A stretch of 64,000 nt of DNA from Chloroflexota bacterium (GCA_965221905.1 OZ244922.1:288001-352000); one strand, 5' to 3'. Shown: positions 51,829 through 61,757, counted from the stretch's first letter. Program-made: numbers and translations. The notes: generated by a model from the letters alone, not told the origin.

Positions 51829-52608
51829 CTACTCCTGCTCGTGCTGGCGGCGCATTTCATCCAGCTTTTCTATGGTTTCTATGATGTAATCGGCTTGGCG
51901 TTGCACGCCTTGCTTTGTGCGCTCTTCGCCGGCGTCCCGGTCGGCCTTGGTGGGGAAACCCCATACGCCGCTCGGTGTGTAATACTCGGTCGGGATCATA
52001 TCCACGAATTCGGAGCCCAGGTCGGGGGAAGAGTCGACCACCTTCTCGGTCCGCATCAACTCCGGATAGGCGTACATGAGCCGCGAGGTCTCGCTCTCGC
52101 CGGAGTGCCGGTCCTTGCCCGGGCCTGAACCGCCCGCGCCGACGGGCGCGCCCCACATCACCATGAAATCCGGGTCCCACATGTTGAGCTCGCGAATAGT
52201 CGGCTTGAGGATCCAGTTGCCGCCGTGGGAACTGGTGACGATCATGCGCTTGAACCCCTGGCGCTTGAGGCAGGCCGCGATGTCCTCAAGGATGGCGGCC
52301 ACGGTATTGGGCTTGAAGCTTAGGGTGCCCTTGTAGTTGAGGAACTCGCTGGAGGTGCCGATAGGTATCGGCGGCAAGAGATAGACTTTTAACCCGCGCT
52401 CCGCGAGCTCCCGCGCCAGCAGGCGGCTGCCGGAAAGGCCGAGCAGCCAGTCCGTGCCGAGGGGCATGTGGTAGGAGTGCTGCTCGATGGCGCCAATGCA
52501 GAAGAGTGCCGTGTCACAGCCGCTCTCTTGCACTTCCTCGAAGGTAGAAGCCCAACTTAAAAAATCCTCATCCTGCAAGTCATCGAACCAGTGATTTTCG
52601 CTCATCAT
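51829..52608 (-). CDS. Creatininase/creatinine amidohydrolase family protein
   Basis: GAIEQH..H.PLGTD, SHGGN, HSGESETS, SGVWG.P. Confidence 0.88.
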   Translation of the reverse strand: MMSENHWFDDLQDEDFLSWASTFEEVQESGCDTALFCIGAIEQHSYHMPLGTDWLLGLSGSRLLARELAERGLKVYLLPPIPIGTSSEFLNYKGTLSFKPNTVAAILEDIAACLKRQGFKRMIVTSSHGGNWILKPTIRELNMWDPDFMVMWGAPVGAGGSGPGKDRHSGESETSRLMYAYPELMRTEKVVDSSPDLGSEFVDMIPTEYYTPSGVWGFPTKADRDAGEERTKQGVQRQADYIIETIEKLDEMRRQHEQE

Positions 52609-52711
52609 CGCCTCTTTCATTTGTGGCATTTTCTCGACACACGCGGCGAAAACGGACACTCTTCGCTGCCGCCGCTCCTGTGAACTCTACCAGCATGACT
52701 GCAAACAGTGC

Positions 52712-52830
52712 CGTCATGCCTGACAAAACCCTCGCCATCCCGCGAGATCGTGCGTCGTTCTCGCGAACACTCTCGCCATTCTCGCGAACTCTCGTCCTAC
52801 CCGCGAACTCACTCGTCATTCCCGCGAAAG
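52712..52830. repeat. Tandem array of about six degenerate 20-22-bp units ending in a full REP
   Basis: cgtcatgcc..., cgccatcccgcga..., cgtcgttctcgcgaa..., cgccattctcgcgaa..., cgtcctacccgcgaa..., cgtcattcccgcgaaagcgggaatcta. Confidence 0.7.
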
Positions 52831-52958
52831 CGGGAATCTATCCGTCTCCCTCAAGACGGCGGGCGCAGGTTTCAAACCTGCGCTACCGGCGGACGGACAG
52901 TTGAACGCCCGCCTCTTCATCCAGCATTTTGTGGCCCGTGAAAACAAGAACGAATCGG

Positions 52959-54032
52959 CTATGAGCCGCCAAACTGCACCGGAATTGTCACGCCTTTGAA
53001 TGACCCATCCCGTGCGTCAAAGTCGCCGACGAGCAAAGTCCCCGTACCCGTGCGCGCCGGAACCGTTAGTTGGGAAGAGAAATGTCCCCACGTCTCGATA
53101 TAGTCGGTGGCAGTGGCTATGGCGCGGGCCAATTCATTGCCCTCGCTATCCTGCAAGATAATGACGTTATTCGCCTCGAAGTGCCGTGAGTACCCGCTGA
53201 CCGTCAACGTGCCTTGAACGGTTGCGCCGGGTCGCGGCGCGATGAGCACCGTGTCCTTGGCTGTAGCAGGGAGTATGTAGATTTCCGTGCCGCCGGGAAC
53301 CACGTCAATCACCAGCCGCAGCGGGTCGCGAAGCTCCTGTACGCGGAATTGGTACGCAGCCGGTATGAAAACGTCCACGAACAGGCTGCGGTCCGGCGCA
53401 CGGACAACAAAAACCTGCGTGAACCACACGTAATCTCCTGCCAGTTGAGCGTCGGTGAACGCGGTCTCGGTCACAGTAGGGAGATGAATCCGCAGCACGC
53501 CCTCACCCGGTGCCTTCTCGATTCGCCAGTGCGGCACTGCGCTCGCAGACTCTGGGTCGATAGCAAAATCGATCACCAGGCGCTCGAAATCGGGATGTTG
53601 CCCAAACCGGATGTCCGCAATACGCGCATCCGGAGCTTCTTCCCCATCTGTCATCATCGGCGCTGCCGTAGGCGTGGCAATTTCAGTAGTGTCCGGCGTA
53701 GCCTGCGCCGCCGGTGCCGGAATAGCCGTCGCAGTGGCGCTCATTTCGTCGGACGGCAACGACTCACTTTCCTCCCCAACAACGCACGCACTCAGCAGAA
53801 GAGCAAGCGTAAGTGCCATAAGTCCGGCGATCCAACGCAGACGGGAGATAGCCTTCGAAGGCGCGTTATTTTCGATGATGTGGGAAAGCTCGGCATCGTC
53901 ATTCCGGTGCAAAGCCTGCCCCGTAACCGAAACGGTGTGGGAATTGAGCTTTTCGATCCTATCTGGATTCCGGCCTCCCCCGGAGTGACCAAGCAGTGCA
54001 CGTAGCGCCCTATCCGTTAGCCTGACGCCCAT
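52959..54032 (-). CDS. Lipoprotein with AMIN-like and Gmad2 immunoglobulin-like domains
   Basis: LLSAC lipobox, IRFGQH.DFERLVIDF, L.DP.RLVIDV, V.G.SR.FEA, WG.F; start either 54032 or 53819. Confidence 0.7.
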   Translation of the reverse strand: MGVRLTDRALRALLGHSGGGRNPDRIEKLNSHTVSVTGQALHRNDDAELSHIIENNAPSKAISRLRWIAGLMALTLALLLSACVVGEESESLPSDEMSATATAIPAPAAQATPDTTEIATPTAAPMMTDGEEAPDARIADIRFGQHPDFERLVIDFAIDPESASAVPHWRIEKAPGEGVLRIHLPTVTETAFTDAQLAGDYVWFTQVFVVRAPDRSLFVDVFIPAAYQFRVQELRDPLRLVIDVVPGGTEIYILPATAKDTVLIAPRPGATVQGTLTVSGYSRHFEANNVIILQDSEGNELARAIATATDYIETWGHFSSQLTVPARTGTGTLLVGDFDARDGSFKGVTIPVQFGGS

Positions 54033-54033
54033 G

Positions 54034-55215
54034 TTATCCCTCCTCGGGACGCGGGCCGTACCAACGGCGTGCCGGCCGTCCGGCCTGGTTGTACACGTCA
54101 CCGGTACGTAGCGTATAGGTTGCCGCGAGGCGCCGGTCGCCGGTGAACTCACTATTCTCGGCATCCCGCATGGGGTACGGCCCGGATTCAAGGCGCAGCA
54201 CCGTAATATCGGCGCCGCCGCCAACGCGCAGGTGCCCCAACGAATCGGCGCGGCCGATGGCAGCAGCGGCGTTCTGTGTCGTGCGCGCCACCACGTCGGG
54301 AACGTCCCGGCCGAGGAAGAGGAATTTCGACATCACGTCAGGCAGGCTCTGCGCTGTGAAGTGGGACGAATAGGCGTGGAGATCGGTACTAAGCGTATCC
54401 GGCAGGAAGCCATCCGCCAACGCCGCGCGCGCTACCGCGAAAGAGAAGCTCCCTTGCCCATGTCCCACGTCGAAGGTGATGCCGTTCTGCTGTGCGGCTC
54501 GCACGTCCGGCAGCACCGTGCCCCGCTGCTGGTCCAAGATCAGTTTTCCTCGTCCCGTGAAGCAGTGGGTGATGATGTCGCCCGGTTTCAGGTAGCCCAG
54601 AATCTCCTGCACCGGTTGTTCGCAATCGGAAATGTGCACCATCATGCGCGTGTTCGTTGCATCGCGTACTTCTGTCGCGCGGCGCAATGGTTCCAAGCCA
54701 TTGGGACCACATATTTTCTCCGCAACGCGCACCTTCACGCCGAGAGCTACGTCGCGATGTGCTTCGACGGCCTTGATTGCGTCTTCAACACCGCAGTAGG
54801 CAAGGTTGAGGTTTTCACCCACGCGCATGTCGGTAATGCCAATGCTCGAAATGTTGACGAAAGCGAAGGCCCGCGTGCGGGACTGCCCAATGACGAAGTG
54901 ACGAAAGCCGGGAAAGTTCGCCCACCCCGCGCTCCCTGCGTCTACTGCCGTGGTGACGCCGCTGGGAAGGCACGCCTGGTCGGGCAACACGCCAAGATTG
55001 GTGCCGCCCCAGTAGATGTGCGTATGCAAGTCAATGAGACCCGGCGTTACGAAATGATCGGCGACGTCGAGCACGAGCCCAGCGTCGTCGGTTGGGAGGT
55101 CCTCTTCCAAGGCGGCAATGCGGCCGTGCTTCGTGCCGATATCCAGCGTGGCGTCAATGCTCTGCGCGGGGTCGAGAACCCGCCCTCCCTTTAGCACCAC
55201 GTCAAATGTTGCCAT
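54034..55215 (-). CDS. Amidohydrolase/deacetylase family metallohydrolase (dihydroorotase-like)
   Basis: PGLIDLHTH, GVTTAVDAGSAG, GVKVR, GDIITH, FDVGHG.GSF, STDLH. Confidence 0.88.
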   Translation of the reverse strand: MATFDVVLKGGRVLDPAQSIDATLDIGTKHGRIAALEEDLPTDDAGLVLDVADHFVTPGLIDLHTHIYWGGTNLGVLPDQACLPSGVTTAVDAGSAGWANFPGFRHFVIGQSRTRAFAFVNISSIGITDMRVGENLNLAYCGVEDAIKAVEAHRDVALGVKVRVAEKICGPNGLEPLRRATEVRDATNTRMMVHISDCEQPVQEILGYLKPGDIITHCFTGRGKLILDQQRGTVLPDVRAAQQNGITFDVGHGQGSFSFAVARAALADGFLPDTLSTDLHAYSSHFTAQSLPDVMSKFLFLGRDVPDVVARTTQNAAAAIGRADSLGHLRVGGGADITVLRLESGPYPMRDAENSEFTGDRRLAATYTLRTGDVYNQAGRPARRWYGPRPEEG

Positions 55216-55582
55216 GGCAGTTGCTTCTTTCTGTTTTGGCTGCGCCCTCACGTCAACAAGTCGATGGGAATCATGGTAGGCTGTGCGGGAACACGCGTCA
55301 ATGTATGCTAAGCACTCTGCCGAAGATGGTGTGTACGTTTTGCCAAGCCCCCGCGCTACGGCGTGTTAGGGCGGATCAAGTGTACACGTGGCAAGAGAAC
55401 AATAACCGAGCCAAGTGCTTAGTGGTTATCTTTGACGCGGTTCGACTGGCAAGTCTCTTGGTGCGTTCATGCTAGACGCCCCAAGTGTTCCCAAGCGTAC
55501 ATTCACGCAGCTTGAGTACGTGCAAGCGGAGTTGCTCTCGCATTGGGGAACAAAAAGTAAGATAAGGAGCACCCTCAAAGCA

Positions 55583-55612
55583 CTCCGCCCCGGCAACGGG
55601 CGGGGATTTTTT
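55583..55612 (+). terminator. Intrinsic terminator with no + strand CDS upstream
   Basis: ctccgccc-cggcaac-gggcgggg followed by atttttt. Confidence 0.7.
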
Positions 55613-55698
55613 CGGGCTTAATCAATAACACTCTTGACTTGTGGCTGATTTGTGATACGGTTAAGTTATGTGCTGGGGTGAAGCAAAGGAGGTGCGCC

Positions 55699-55746
55699 AT
55701 GGTTTGTCCGTGTTCCTGCCGCCCTCAATGGCGGCAAAACCATTAG
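55699..55746 (+). CDS. Candidate 15-aa Cys-rich leader peptide MVCPCSCRPQWRQNH
   Basis: AAGGAGGT RBS upstream; ORF coincides with a hairpin. Confidence 0.35.
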   Translation: MVCPCSCRPQWRQNH

Positions 55747-55779
55747 GCCGTCTCTTAGCACACGAGGAGGTGCGGGACA

Positions 55780-56088
55780 ATGATGTACCGCTCGCTTGTC
55801 GTTGGCGTGATTCTACTGCTGGCTGTGACTGCATGTAGCACGGTAGCGCAGCCGGACGCTGAAGCAACGCCCTATGTCCCTGATATGCCGAGGGTGGCGC
55901 CACACCCGACACCGTGGACTGAAGAGGTCTACGAGACATGCATGGACGCCGTTCGCGCCGAGGTGATATATAAACTGGGCGCTATCGGGCCAGGCCTAGG
56001 GTTTGCCCAGGCAACAGTGCCGTCGGCAGAGGATGACGACGACGACGGGATAGTCTGCGAAGTGATTCCAAGACCACCTGCAGAGTAG
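55780..56088 (+). CDS. Lipoprotein with Excalibur-like calcium-binding domain
   Basis: VTAC lipobox; YETC..A...GPG...DDDDDGIVCE matches the Excalibur DxDxDGxxCE motif. Confidence 0.75.
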   Translation: MMYRSLVVGVILLLAVTACSTVAQPDAEATPYVPDMPRVAPHPTPWTEEVYETCMDAVRAEVIYKLGAIGPGLGFAQATVPSAEDDDDDGIVCEVIPRPPAE

Positions 56089-56115
56089 TGGCAACTACTC
56101 GTGGCCCGATATAGC

Positions 56116-56147
56116 AAAGCCCCCGCTGCATAGCAAGCGGGGGCTTT
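56116..56147. terminator. Probable intrinsic terminator, possibly bidirectional
   Basis: aaagcccccgct-gcatagca-agcgggggcttt. Confidence 0.75.
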
Positions 56148-56413
56148 GGCATGTTAGACTAATGGTAAGGTAGAAGCGTTGACAACTAAAGGGATAGGAA
56201 TGATGGGGGGCATTTTGCCGGAAGCGTCGCTAATCAGATTAGTGAACGCGCTATAGAGAGTGGCAAGACCGGCACCCTATTGCAGATCACGAAGTTAGTA
56301 TATGTCTGCCATGCTTGGAGTGCATGGAAAGCCACTGTTGAAGCAACCGATTGAGGCAGGGAAATACGGGACTGTCCCTCCCTGGTTTACCATAAGTTAG
56401 AGTATTGCGCGCC

Positions 56414-57574
56414 ATGAAGATTACCGACGTCAAGACTACCGCCGTCCGCGTGCCGCTCAGCGAACCCGTGAAGTGGTCGGGAGGCACCCGGGGCACGGCG
56501 CCGGCGCTCATTGTAGAGATTGAGACCGACTCAGGCATCGTCGGTCTGGGAGAGTGCGCCGGACCGCACATCCCTGTCATCCGCACTGCCGTCGATGCCG
56601 AGCTCCGGCCCCTGCTCATCGGCCAGGACCCGCTGCGCACCGAGTTCCTGCTCCACCGCATGGATGAACACGTTATCCACTGGTTTCGCACCGGCAATCA
56701 CGCCATTGCCGGTATCGAAATGGCGTTGCTGGACATCAAAGCAAAGCACTTGGATACCAGCGTTTCCGACCTGCTGGGCGGCCGTTACCGGGACGCCGTG
56801 GAGTATATGGGCTACCTCTTCATAGACACACCGGAACGGAATGCCGCCAAGGCCAAGGCGTACGTGGACCGGGGCTTCCGCACATTGAAAGTCAAAGTCG
56901 GGCGCAGCATAGACCAGGACACGGCGAGCATTGCCGCCATACGCAAAACCGTGGGGCCCGACGTACGCATTCGCATAGACGCCAACCAAGGGTGGAGTGT
57001 GCCTACGGCGATCAAGGCCATCCGCGCCATGGAACCGTACGACTTAGAGTACGTGGAGCAGCCGGTAACGGAGCGCGACTTCGACGGTATGGCGCAGGTC
57101 GCCCGTGCCGTGGAAACACCGGTTGCCGCCGACGAGAGTTGCAAGACCGTTCTTGACGCGCTGCAACTGGCGCAAAAGCAGGCGTGCGGCGTGTTCGTCA
57201 TCTATGTTTCGGAGGCCGGCGGGCTGCTAAAGTCCCGTCAGATCGCTGACATTGCCTATCAGTCGGGCATCACCTGTGCGTTGGGCACGTGGGCGGAGCT
57301 CGGCATCGGCACGCTCGCGGGGGCGCACCTCATTGCCAGCCATCGCAGCTTTGCCCTTGCGAACGACACGCACTATCCGATTCAGGAAGATGACGTGATC
57401 ACGCCCCTGTTGCAGATCGATGCGGGAATGCTGCGCTTACCGGACGGGCCCGGCCTTGGCGCAACTCTCGACCGGGAGAAACTCGCTCACTTTGCCAATT
57501 ATCCGGCACGTGAGACGGTGTTTGGCGACCCCGAAAGCCCGGAGACAATCCTGCGCCGCGGGCAAATTCTCTGA
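56414..57574 (+). CDS. Mandelate racemase/muconate lactonizing enzyme family protein
   Basis: IETDSG.VGLGE, EMALLDI, KVKVG, DANQGW, EQP, ADES, GPGLG. Confidence 0.9.
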   Translation: MKITDVKTTAVRVPLSEPVKWSGGTRGTAPALIVEIETDSGIVGLGECAGPHIPVIRTAVDAELRPLLIGQDPLRTEFLLHRMDEHVIHWFRTGNHAIAGIEMALLDIKAKHLDTSVSDLLGGRYRDAVEYMGYLFIDTPERNAAKAKAYVDRGFRTLKVKVGRSIDQDTASIAAIRKTVGPDVRIRIDANQGWSVPTAIKAIRAMEPYDLEYVEQPVTERDFDGMAQVARAVETPVAADESCKTVLDALQLAQKQACGVFVIYVSEAGGLLKSRQIADIAYQSGITCALGTWAELGIGTLAGAHLIASHRSFALANDTHYPIQEDDVITPLLQIDAGMLRLPDGPGLGATLDREKLAHFANYPARETVFGDPESPETILRRGQIL

Positions 57575-57650
57575 CTGGTGCCATGCCGTGAAGTGAGGGC
57601 CACCGAGCACATCAGCGAACAGGGCTCGGCACAAACTCAGCCTACCGCGT

Positions 57651-58628
57651 TCACGATCCTTCCGCGGGCTCCGGCTCTTCTTGGATAAGCTGGTCCGGTC
57701 CAGCGCCGTACCAGTTGAGCTGGTGCTCTACGCTTGTCCACGGTTCCCAGGCTTCCACCCGGATGCGGCGCAAGGCATAGGGCGTCTCCGCAGACTGGTG
57801 CACACCGGGGCCGATGATGACGGCGGCCTCGTAACCGGCATCCTGCACCAACTGTTGTATCTCCTCATCCTGGCGGCCGAGAGGATAGTCGAAGTAGCGC
57901 AGAAACCGACCTAATCGTTCTTCCAGGATTTGCTTTGAAATCACCACTTCCGCCAACACCGCGCCCCAGTCAGTCCGTGCCAGCCGTGGCAGATCAGCGT
58001 GATTGAGGGTGTGCGACTCCACTTCCATGCCGAATTCAGCGATTTCAGTGAGCTGGTCCCAGTTCATGTAGCCCTCTTGCAGTTCATGGAACCCCGGCAT
58101 TACGAAGAAGGTGGCCGGCACTTTGTACTGCTTCAGCACGGGAAACACCGCGTCGTACTGAATCTCCCAGCCGTCGTCGAAGGTGAGCACGATGGGCAGA
58201 TCGGGAAGCTCCGCTTCCCCAAGGAGTCCCTTCACTGCGTTGTGCAGGGAAAGGGGACTGTAGCCCGCCGTAAGCATGCCTACCAGTTGCGCCTCGAAGA
58301 CTGCGGGCACTGTGGCCCGATGGTACATCAGGATCGGCAATATTCTCGAGTTTTCAGGTGGGAGAGGTTCGTACCGGTAGGGTGGCTGCCACGGAATCGG
58401 GGCTGCTTGAGCTGGGCTTGGGATATCTACCGGCGCCGCGGGCGCACTCTGATTCCCTGTCGACAAGCCGAAAATGGGGTTAATTTCATCGGAGTCTGTA
58501 ATCCCGAATGCGGAGATGGATGGCAGCAGCGGCATCGCTACTGCTCCACTGCATAGCCGTCGGAGCACCTCGCGACGCGTGCTTGTGCCATTGTTCTGCC
58601 GGACTTGCTCTTTGCTGATGCGCGCCAT
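57651..58628 (-). CDS. Polysaccharide deacetylase (CE4) with possible Tat signal
   Basis: TRREVL, PILMYH, LTFDDG, ESHT..H.DL, YPLG. Confidence 0.88.
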   Translation of the reverse strand: MARISKEQVRQNNGTSTRREVLRRLCSGAVAMPLLPSISAFGITDSDEINPIFGLSTGNQSAPAAPVDIPSPAQAAPIPWQPPYRYEPLPPENSRILPILMYHRATVPAVFEAQLVGMLTAGYSPLSLHNAVKGLLGEAELPDLPIVLTFDDGWEIQYDAVFPVLKQYKVPATFFVMPGFHELQEGYMNWDQLTEIAEFGMEVESHTLNHADLPRLARTDWGAVLAEVVISKQILEERLGRFLRYFDYPLGRQDEEIQQLVQDAGYEAAVIIGPGVHQSAETPYALRRIRVEAWEPWTSVEHQLNWYGAGPDQLIQEEPEPAEGS

Positions 58629-58937
58629 TTCGAAGAAAGCCCTCTGCTAATTACCCAGCGCCTTACTCAACATTAAGCATACTACGCCCGATTGTCGCTT
58701 GCACGACGTATAGCCGCCTTCTTGTGCCGCCTGGGGGCAATGAAATCGGGTTGTAGAATTCGCATCTGTAATTCCTTGGTACTGCCTTGCTTGGGTAACG
58801 GATGCGCATTTCTCCTCGATTTCACAGGTAATTCAGCCCGTTCTCATGTAAGATTGACACAATTAGCCTTGATTTGGCGGTCTCCGGGAAAGGGCCGCTA
58901 CTCTCTCGTGGCCTTGTCGAGATTCGGAGGTGGTTTC

Positions 58938-61526
58938 ATGCTCAGGATACTTCGACAGTTCACCTCGGCACGAGGCAAGCAAGCAGGCATGCGATGGCGC
59001 GGGCTATTCGGCCTACTCCTAGCCGTGGGCGCTTTAGCTACTGCCTGTGGCCCGGAAGTAGCGCCGGGTAGCAACATTGTGACCGACGCAGACTATGCTG
59101 CGTGTCTCGACAAGATCCGGAATCAGGCGCTGCCGGAAGTCAGCTACATCTACGACCGCCACGGCACTCTGCTTGCGACCATTACCAATCCGGACGAGGG
59201 CCTGCGGATCGTCTTAACTTCTGACGAGATTCCGCCCGTCGTCAAGCAGGCCACCGTTGCGGCCGAGGACCGATTCTTCTATACGCATCCCGGGTACGAC
59301 ATGCGGGCAATTTCGCGGGCGTTCGTGCAGAATCAGCAAGCCGGAGAGGTCGTTTCCGGCGGGAGCACGATTACCCAGCAACTCGTCAAGAACATCTGCC
59401 TTACTTCTGAACAGACCTACGAGCGCAAGCTGAGGGAGATCAATCTCGCCGCGCGATTGACGGCAGAATTCAGCCGGGATTCCATCCTCACCTTCTATCT
59501 CAACAAAGTCTACTATGGCAGCCAGGCCTATGGCATCGAGGCCGCGGCCAGAGTGTTCTTCGGCAAGAACGCGCAAGAACTCACCCTCGCTGAAGTGGCG
59601 ATGCTCGCCGGCTTAACCGCGTCGCCATCGCGCGACAACCCCTACACCAATGCCGATCGCGCCAAAGCCCGCCAGCGATATGTGCTTGAACAGATGGTGG
59701 TCGCCGGCTATATTACGCAATCAGAATTGGAGGAGGCCTACGACATACCGTTGAAATACGCGCGTTTGGGGGAGGCGCCTGCTGCTGCGGAGGTTGAAGC
59801 ACCGCCGGAGAATCCGACGTTGGCGCCGCACTTCGTGCAGTACGTGCGTGAAGAATTGGCTGTTCAATATGGGGCTGAGCGGGTACTTCAGGGTGGCTTA
59901 CACGTTTACACCACGCTTGACTTGAATCTTCAGACCCTTGCCGAGGAGATCGCGCGGCAACACATTGCCTCGCTGGAAGGCTTCAGTGTCTCCAATGCTT
60001 CCCTCGTAGCCATACGGCCCAAGAGCGGCGAGATTCTCACCATGGTCGGCAGCCTGGACTTTCACGATGAAGACATCGACGGCCAGGTGAACGTTGCCTT
60101 GGCGCCGCGCCAGCCGGGATCTTCGCTCAAGCCGCTCTTCTACGCTGCCGCGTTTGCCAAAGGCTGGACACCCGCCACGACCATCTGGGATATTCCCACG
60201 ACCATCGAGATTGAAGATGAACCTGACTATGAGCCGCGAAATTTCACCGGACAATTCAGGGGCCCGGTCACCGTGCGCCACGCCCTTGTCAACTCCTTCA
60301 ACGTGGCTGCGGTGCGTATGGTCACGTTTCTCGGTCTGGAAACGGCCATCGACACCATGCAGAGCTTGGGCATGACCACGTTTGAGGACCGCAGCCGCTT
60401 TGGCCCCAGCATTGTGCTCGGCGGCGGGGAGGTGAAGCTGCTCGAGTTGACGAACGCCTACTCCGTCCTGGCACGTGGCGGCACCTACATTCCGGTTTCT
60501 TCGATCCTACGCGTGGTCGATAGTCGCGGCAACGTCCTGCAGCGCTATGAGTTGCCAACCGCGGAAGAGATATTCGATCCTCGTATTGCGTACCAAATTA
60601 CGAGCATCATCTCCGACAGCAAGACTCGGGCAGCGGAATTCGGGCCGTACACGCTACTGGAACTCTCCCGTCCCGCAGCGGCGAAAACAGGCACCACCGA
60701 CGACAACCGCGACGGCTGGACGATTGGCTTTACGCCGCAGCTCGTGACCGGCGTTTGGGTGGGGAATTCCGACGGTTCTCCCACCCTGAATTTGAGCGGC
60801 ATGCGCGGCGCGACGCCCATTTGGAATGCCTTCATGGAGGCGGCGCTCGCGGATGAGCAGGTGCTTGAATTCGAGAGGCCGCGAGACATGGTGGAGGTAG
60901 AAGTCTGCACACGCACCGGCATGCTGCCGACGCCTTACTGTGGCGAAACCCATGAGGAGCTTTTCCTAAGTGAGAATACACCTAAGGTGGTAGACAGCAT
61001 CTTCGTGCCGTTCCGCGTGCACAAGCAATCCGGCTTGCGCGCCGGCCCGAATGTACCGGCATCGCAATCAGAAGTTAGAGTTTTCATGGTCGTGCCGAAA
61101 GAGGCGAAAGAGCGGGCCGAGGCGGAAGAAGTGGCTATTCCGCCTACCGAAGTGTACAATCCCCCGCCGCTCGATCCTGTGCTCATCGTCTATCCGCGTA
61201 ACGGCGACACGGTGCGCAGTATTTTGGAAATTCGCGGCAATGCGTTCTTCCCCGGCTTTCAATCCTATGAGGTCTCCTATGCCGGACAGGCTAATCCGGA
61301 TATGTGGGTGCGCATAACGCACTCCACCGTGCCAAAGGCAAACGCTGTACTTGCCGCCTGGGACACGGCCCAGAACCCCGACGGAGTGTACATGTTGCGT
61401 TTAACGGCGCAGGACACCGCAGGTCGGCAGCGAACGCAGACGGTACTGTTCGCAATTGAGAACAACCAAGATGCGCAAAGTAGCGAAGATGCGCAGAGCG
61501 ACGTCGCGGCGGAAAGCCCGCCCTAG
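58938..61526 (+). CDS. Class A penicillin-binding protein (PBP1A family)
   Basis: AEDRFFY.H.G.D, GGSTITQQLVKN, RKL.E, RQPGSSLKP, SFN, KTGT; C-terminal Ig-like domain; start after GGAGGT. Confidence 0.93.
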   Translation: MLRILRQFTSARGKQAGMRWRGLFGLLLAVGALATACGPEVAPGSNIVTDADYAACLDKIRNQALPEVSYIYDRHGTLLATITNPDEGLRIVLTSDEIPPVVKQATVAAEDRFFYTHPGYDMRAISRAFVQNQQAGEVVSGGSTITQQLVKNICLTSEQTYERKLREINLAARLTAEFSRDSILTFYLNKVYYGSQAYGIEAAARVFFGKNAQELTLAEVAMLAGLTASPSRDNPYTNADRAKARQRYVLEQMVVAGYITQSELEEAYDIPLKYARLGEAPAAAEVEAPPENPTLAPHFVQYVREELAVQYGAERVLQGGLHVYTTLDLNLQTLAEEIARQHIASLEGFSVSNASLVAIRPKSGEILTMVGSLDFHDEDIDGQVNVALAPRQPGSSLKPLFYAAAFAKGWTPATTIWDIPTTIEIEDEPDYEPRNFTGQFRGPVTVRHALVNSFNVAAVRMVTFLGLETAIDTMQSLGMTTFEDRSRFGPSIVLGGGEVKLLELTNAYSVLARGGTYIPVSSILRVVDSRGNVLQRYELPTAEEIFDPRIAYQITSIISDSKTRAAEFGPYTLLELSRPAAAKTGTTDDNRDGWTIGFTPQLVTGVWVGNSDGSPTLNLSGMRGATPIWNAFMEAALADEQVLEFERPRDMVEVEVCTRTGMLPTPYCGETHEELFLSENTPKVVDSIFVPFRVHKQSGLRAGPNVPASQSEVRVFMVVPKEAKERAEAEEVAIPPTEVYNPPPLDPVLIVYPRNGDTVRSILEIRGNAFFPGFQSYEVSYAGQANPDMWVRITHSTVPKANAVLAAWDTAQNPDGVYMLRLTAQDTAGRQRTQTVLFAIENNQDAQSSEDAQSDVAAESPP

Positions 61527-61757
61527 GCAGAAGTTTCCCTTTCATCTTGCTATACTATGGATGGCTGTCCGCCAGACCGGATGGCTGCATTATGGTGTTG
61601 AAATTGCCTCAATTGGAAAAGTGTGAGCCTCCATAAGAACGGGAGCACGTACGTGCTTAGGCAGGCGGGCGATAGCGCTCCAGTCAGCCGGAAATGGAGG
61701 GTGATCGAGAGGTGATGGCGACGTTACCCGTTAGAGTGAAGGGAGAGCGGCCTTGCC

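Noticed and set aside
52712-52830. CRISPR array
   Set aside because: Units are degenerate and contiguous with no unique spacers, and there are no cas genes.
55550-55612. tracrRNA-like sequence (aagtaagataagg plus terminator)
   Set aside because: The resemblance is short, and there is no anti-repeat partner, array or Cas9/IscB/TnpB gene.
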